From Tubulanus polymorphus (Eukaryota > Animalia > Nemertea), in the NCBI RefSeq assembly GCF_964204645.1, contig NC_134025.1, positions 15,314,001 through 15,378,000 of the forward strand: a stretch of 64,000 nucleotides of DNA, given 5' to 3'. Position numbers and translations under genes: made by a program. Shown here in pieces: positions 62,480 through 64,000 of the stretch. A model generated the notes under the pieces. It was not told the origin of the DNA and did not search any database. It was given only the letters and a program-made list of their open reading frames with translations. The number at the start of each line of letters is the position of its first letter. The stretch's first letter is position 1.

Positions 62480-64000
62480 CCCGGACAAAGCATAAATGGC
62501 TTTAATAATGAATTAATTCCACTTTTAGTGAAACTTAATAGAGAAGACAAAGTATGCTATCTTATGGGCGATTTCAATATCGATTTACTACAAGTTAACG
62601 CCCACAGACCAACTGATAACTATTTAGAAACTATGACTTCATTTGGGTTCATTCCATTAGTTGATAAACCCACAAGAATCACTCCCACATCCTCGACGCT
62701 TATAGATAATATTTTTTGTAACGATATTCGCCATGTGTTTAGTACGGGTATTATTTGTACCGATATTTCGGATCATTTTCCTATTTTTACTGTCTGTAAT
62801 CACGTTGAGCCCAAAATTGACCAAGAGGTGACTTCGAACAGAAACTATTGTGAACGTAACATTTCAAAATTCAATAGAGCTCTTCTGGCCACTGATTGGT
62901 CGGATATCTATAGTAATGCAGACCCGCAACTCTCATACAGCGCATTTAACACTAAATTCATGGAATTATATAATGAATGTTTTCCTTTTTCAACTCCCCG
63001 TAAAATAAACGAAAATAAATTACATAAACCGTGGTTATCATCTGGATTATTGAAATGTATTAAACACAAAACTCGCTTGTACAGAAAATCTTTGCGTAAT
63101 AGATCACATTTGAAAAATTATTTGAATTACAAACGTACCTTGTCTCGTACACTCAAATATGCCGAGAAAAAGTATTATGAGACAAAATTACTTGCAGCCA
63201 AATCCGACATGAAAAAATCATGGAATATCTTAAACAGTCTAATTGGAAAATCTTCCAATGATCGGTGTAGATTACCTTGCTCTTTCAAAAGGAACGGTAT
63301 CGTTGTAAACGGCTATGAAAATATCGCTAATGAATTTAATTCTTTCTTTGTAAATATTGGTAGCAACCTAGCCAATCAAATACCAGATACAGGTGTCCAC
63401 TTCAGTGAATATCTGACAGATCCAGTAAATGAAAACTTTTTCTTTTTCCCGACCCACCCTGATGAAATCAGTCAGATTATAAATGATTTCTCACCCAGCA
63501 AAGGCGCTGGTGCTGATGGTTTCTCTGTAAAAGTAGTTAAGAAAATAATTGATTCTGTAAAATACCCGCTAACTCATATATTTAACCTTAGCTTAAATTC
63601 CGGTATAGTGCCGGCTGAACTGAAGGTAGCGCGAATACGTCCACTCTATAAAGCTGGCAATAATGACTCTTTTGATAATTACAGACCGATATCCGTACTG
63701 CCTTGCTTTTCTAAAATTCTCGAAAAGATAGTGTATAATCGATTAAGCGAATATTGTAACAAGTTTCATATCATTCAACCAAACCAGTTCGGCTTTCGAA
63801 AGAACCATTCAACTGCCATGGCCTTAACATTGATAACTGATGAAATTTCACAAAATTTAGAAGAAAACAAATCAACTATTGGGGTATTCTTAGATTTATC
63901 AAAAGCCTTTGACACCGTTGATCACGAAATCTTATTAAGAAAATTATGTTTTTATGGAATAAGAGGCATCTCTAACAACTGGTTTGAAAACTATTTGAAG
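62480..64000 (+). mobile_element. 5'-truncated CR1/L2-group LINE ORF2 (APE end plus RT start), open to window end
   Basis: MGDFNID, KPTRIT..STLIDNIF, ISDHFPIF, KPWLS, NYRPISVLPCFSKILEK, QFGFRK, FLDLSKAFDTVDH. Confidence 0.92.

Overview
AT-rich, repeat-dense eukaryotic DNA, probably from an invertebrate animal (spliceosomal intron, Bel/Pao, Penelope, LINEs, many MITEs). The main feature is a ~13.8 kb endogenous Polinton/Maverick-like virus (42702-56487). It has intact ORFs for a major capsid protein, A32-like packaging ATPase, chromodomain-bearing RVE integrase and HNH nuclease, plus a minor-capsid-like ORF, about 7 predicted membrane proteins and an internally deleted pPolB; I saw no adenain protease. 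Its structural genes share a T6-8-N5-7-TAAATG motif that resembles poxvirus late promoters, while PolB, the nuclease and other non-structural genes carry an A-run-N8-9-TAAA(A)TG motif. Its right end is a ~400 bp imperfect palindrome inserted into a Bel/Pao pol gene. All of this lies inside a 22.5 kb unit (38010-60485) with kb-long inverted arms and a perfect 9-bp TSD, and an uninterrupted copy of the target site is present at 13907-13915. Two decayed remnants of the same virus family (1-3075 and 15758-17765) face each other across another inverted-repeat structure. The one clear host gene is an intron-containing DegT/DnrJ-type PLP aminotransferase (minus strand, 25382-18731). All calls come from reading motifs by eye; no searches were run.
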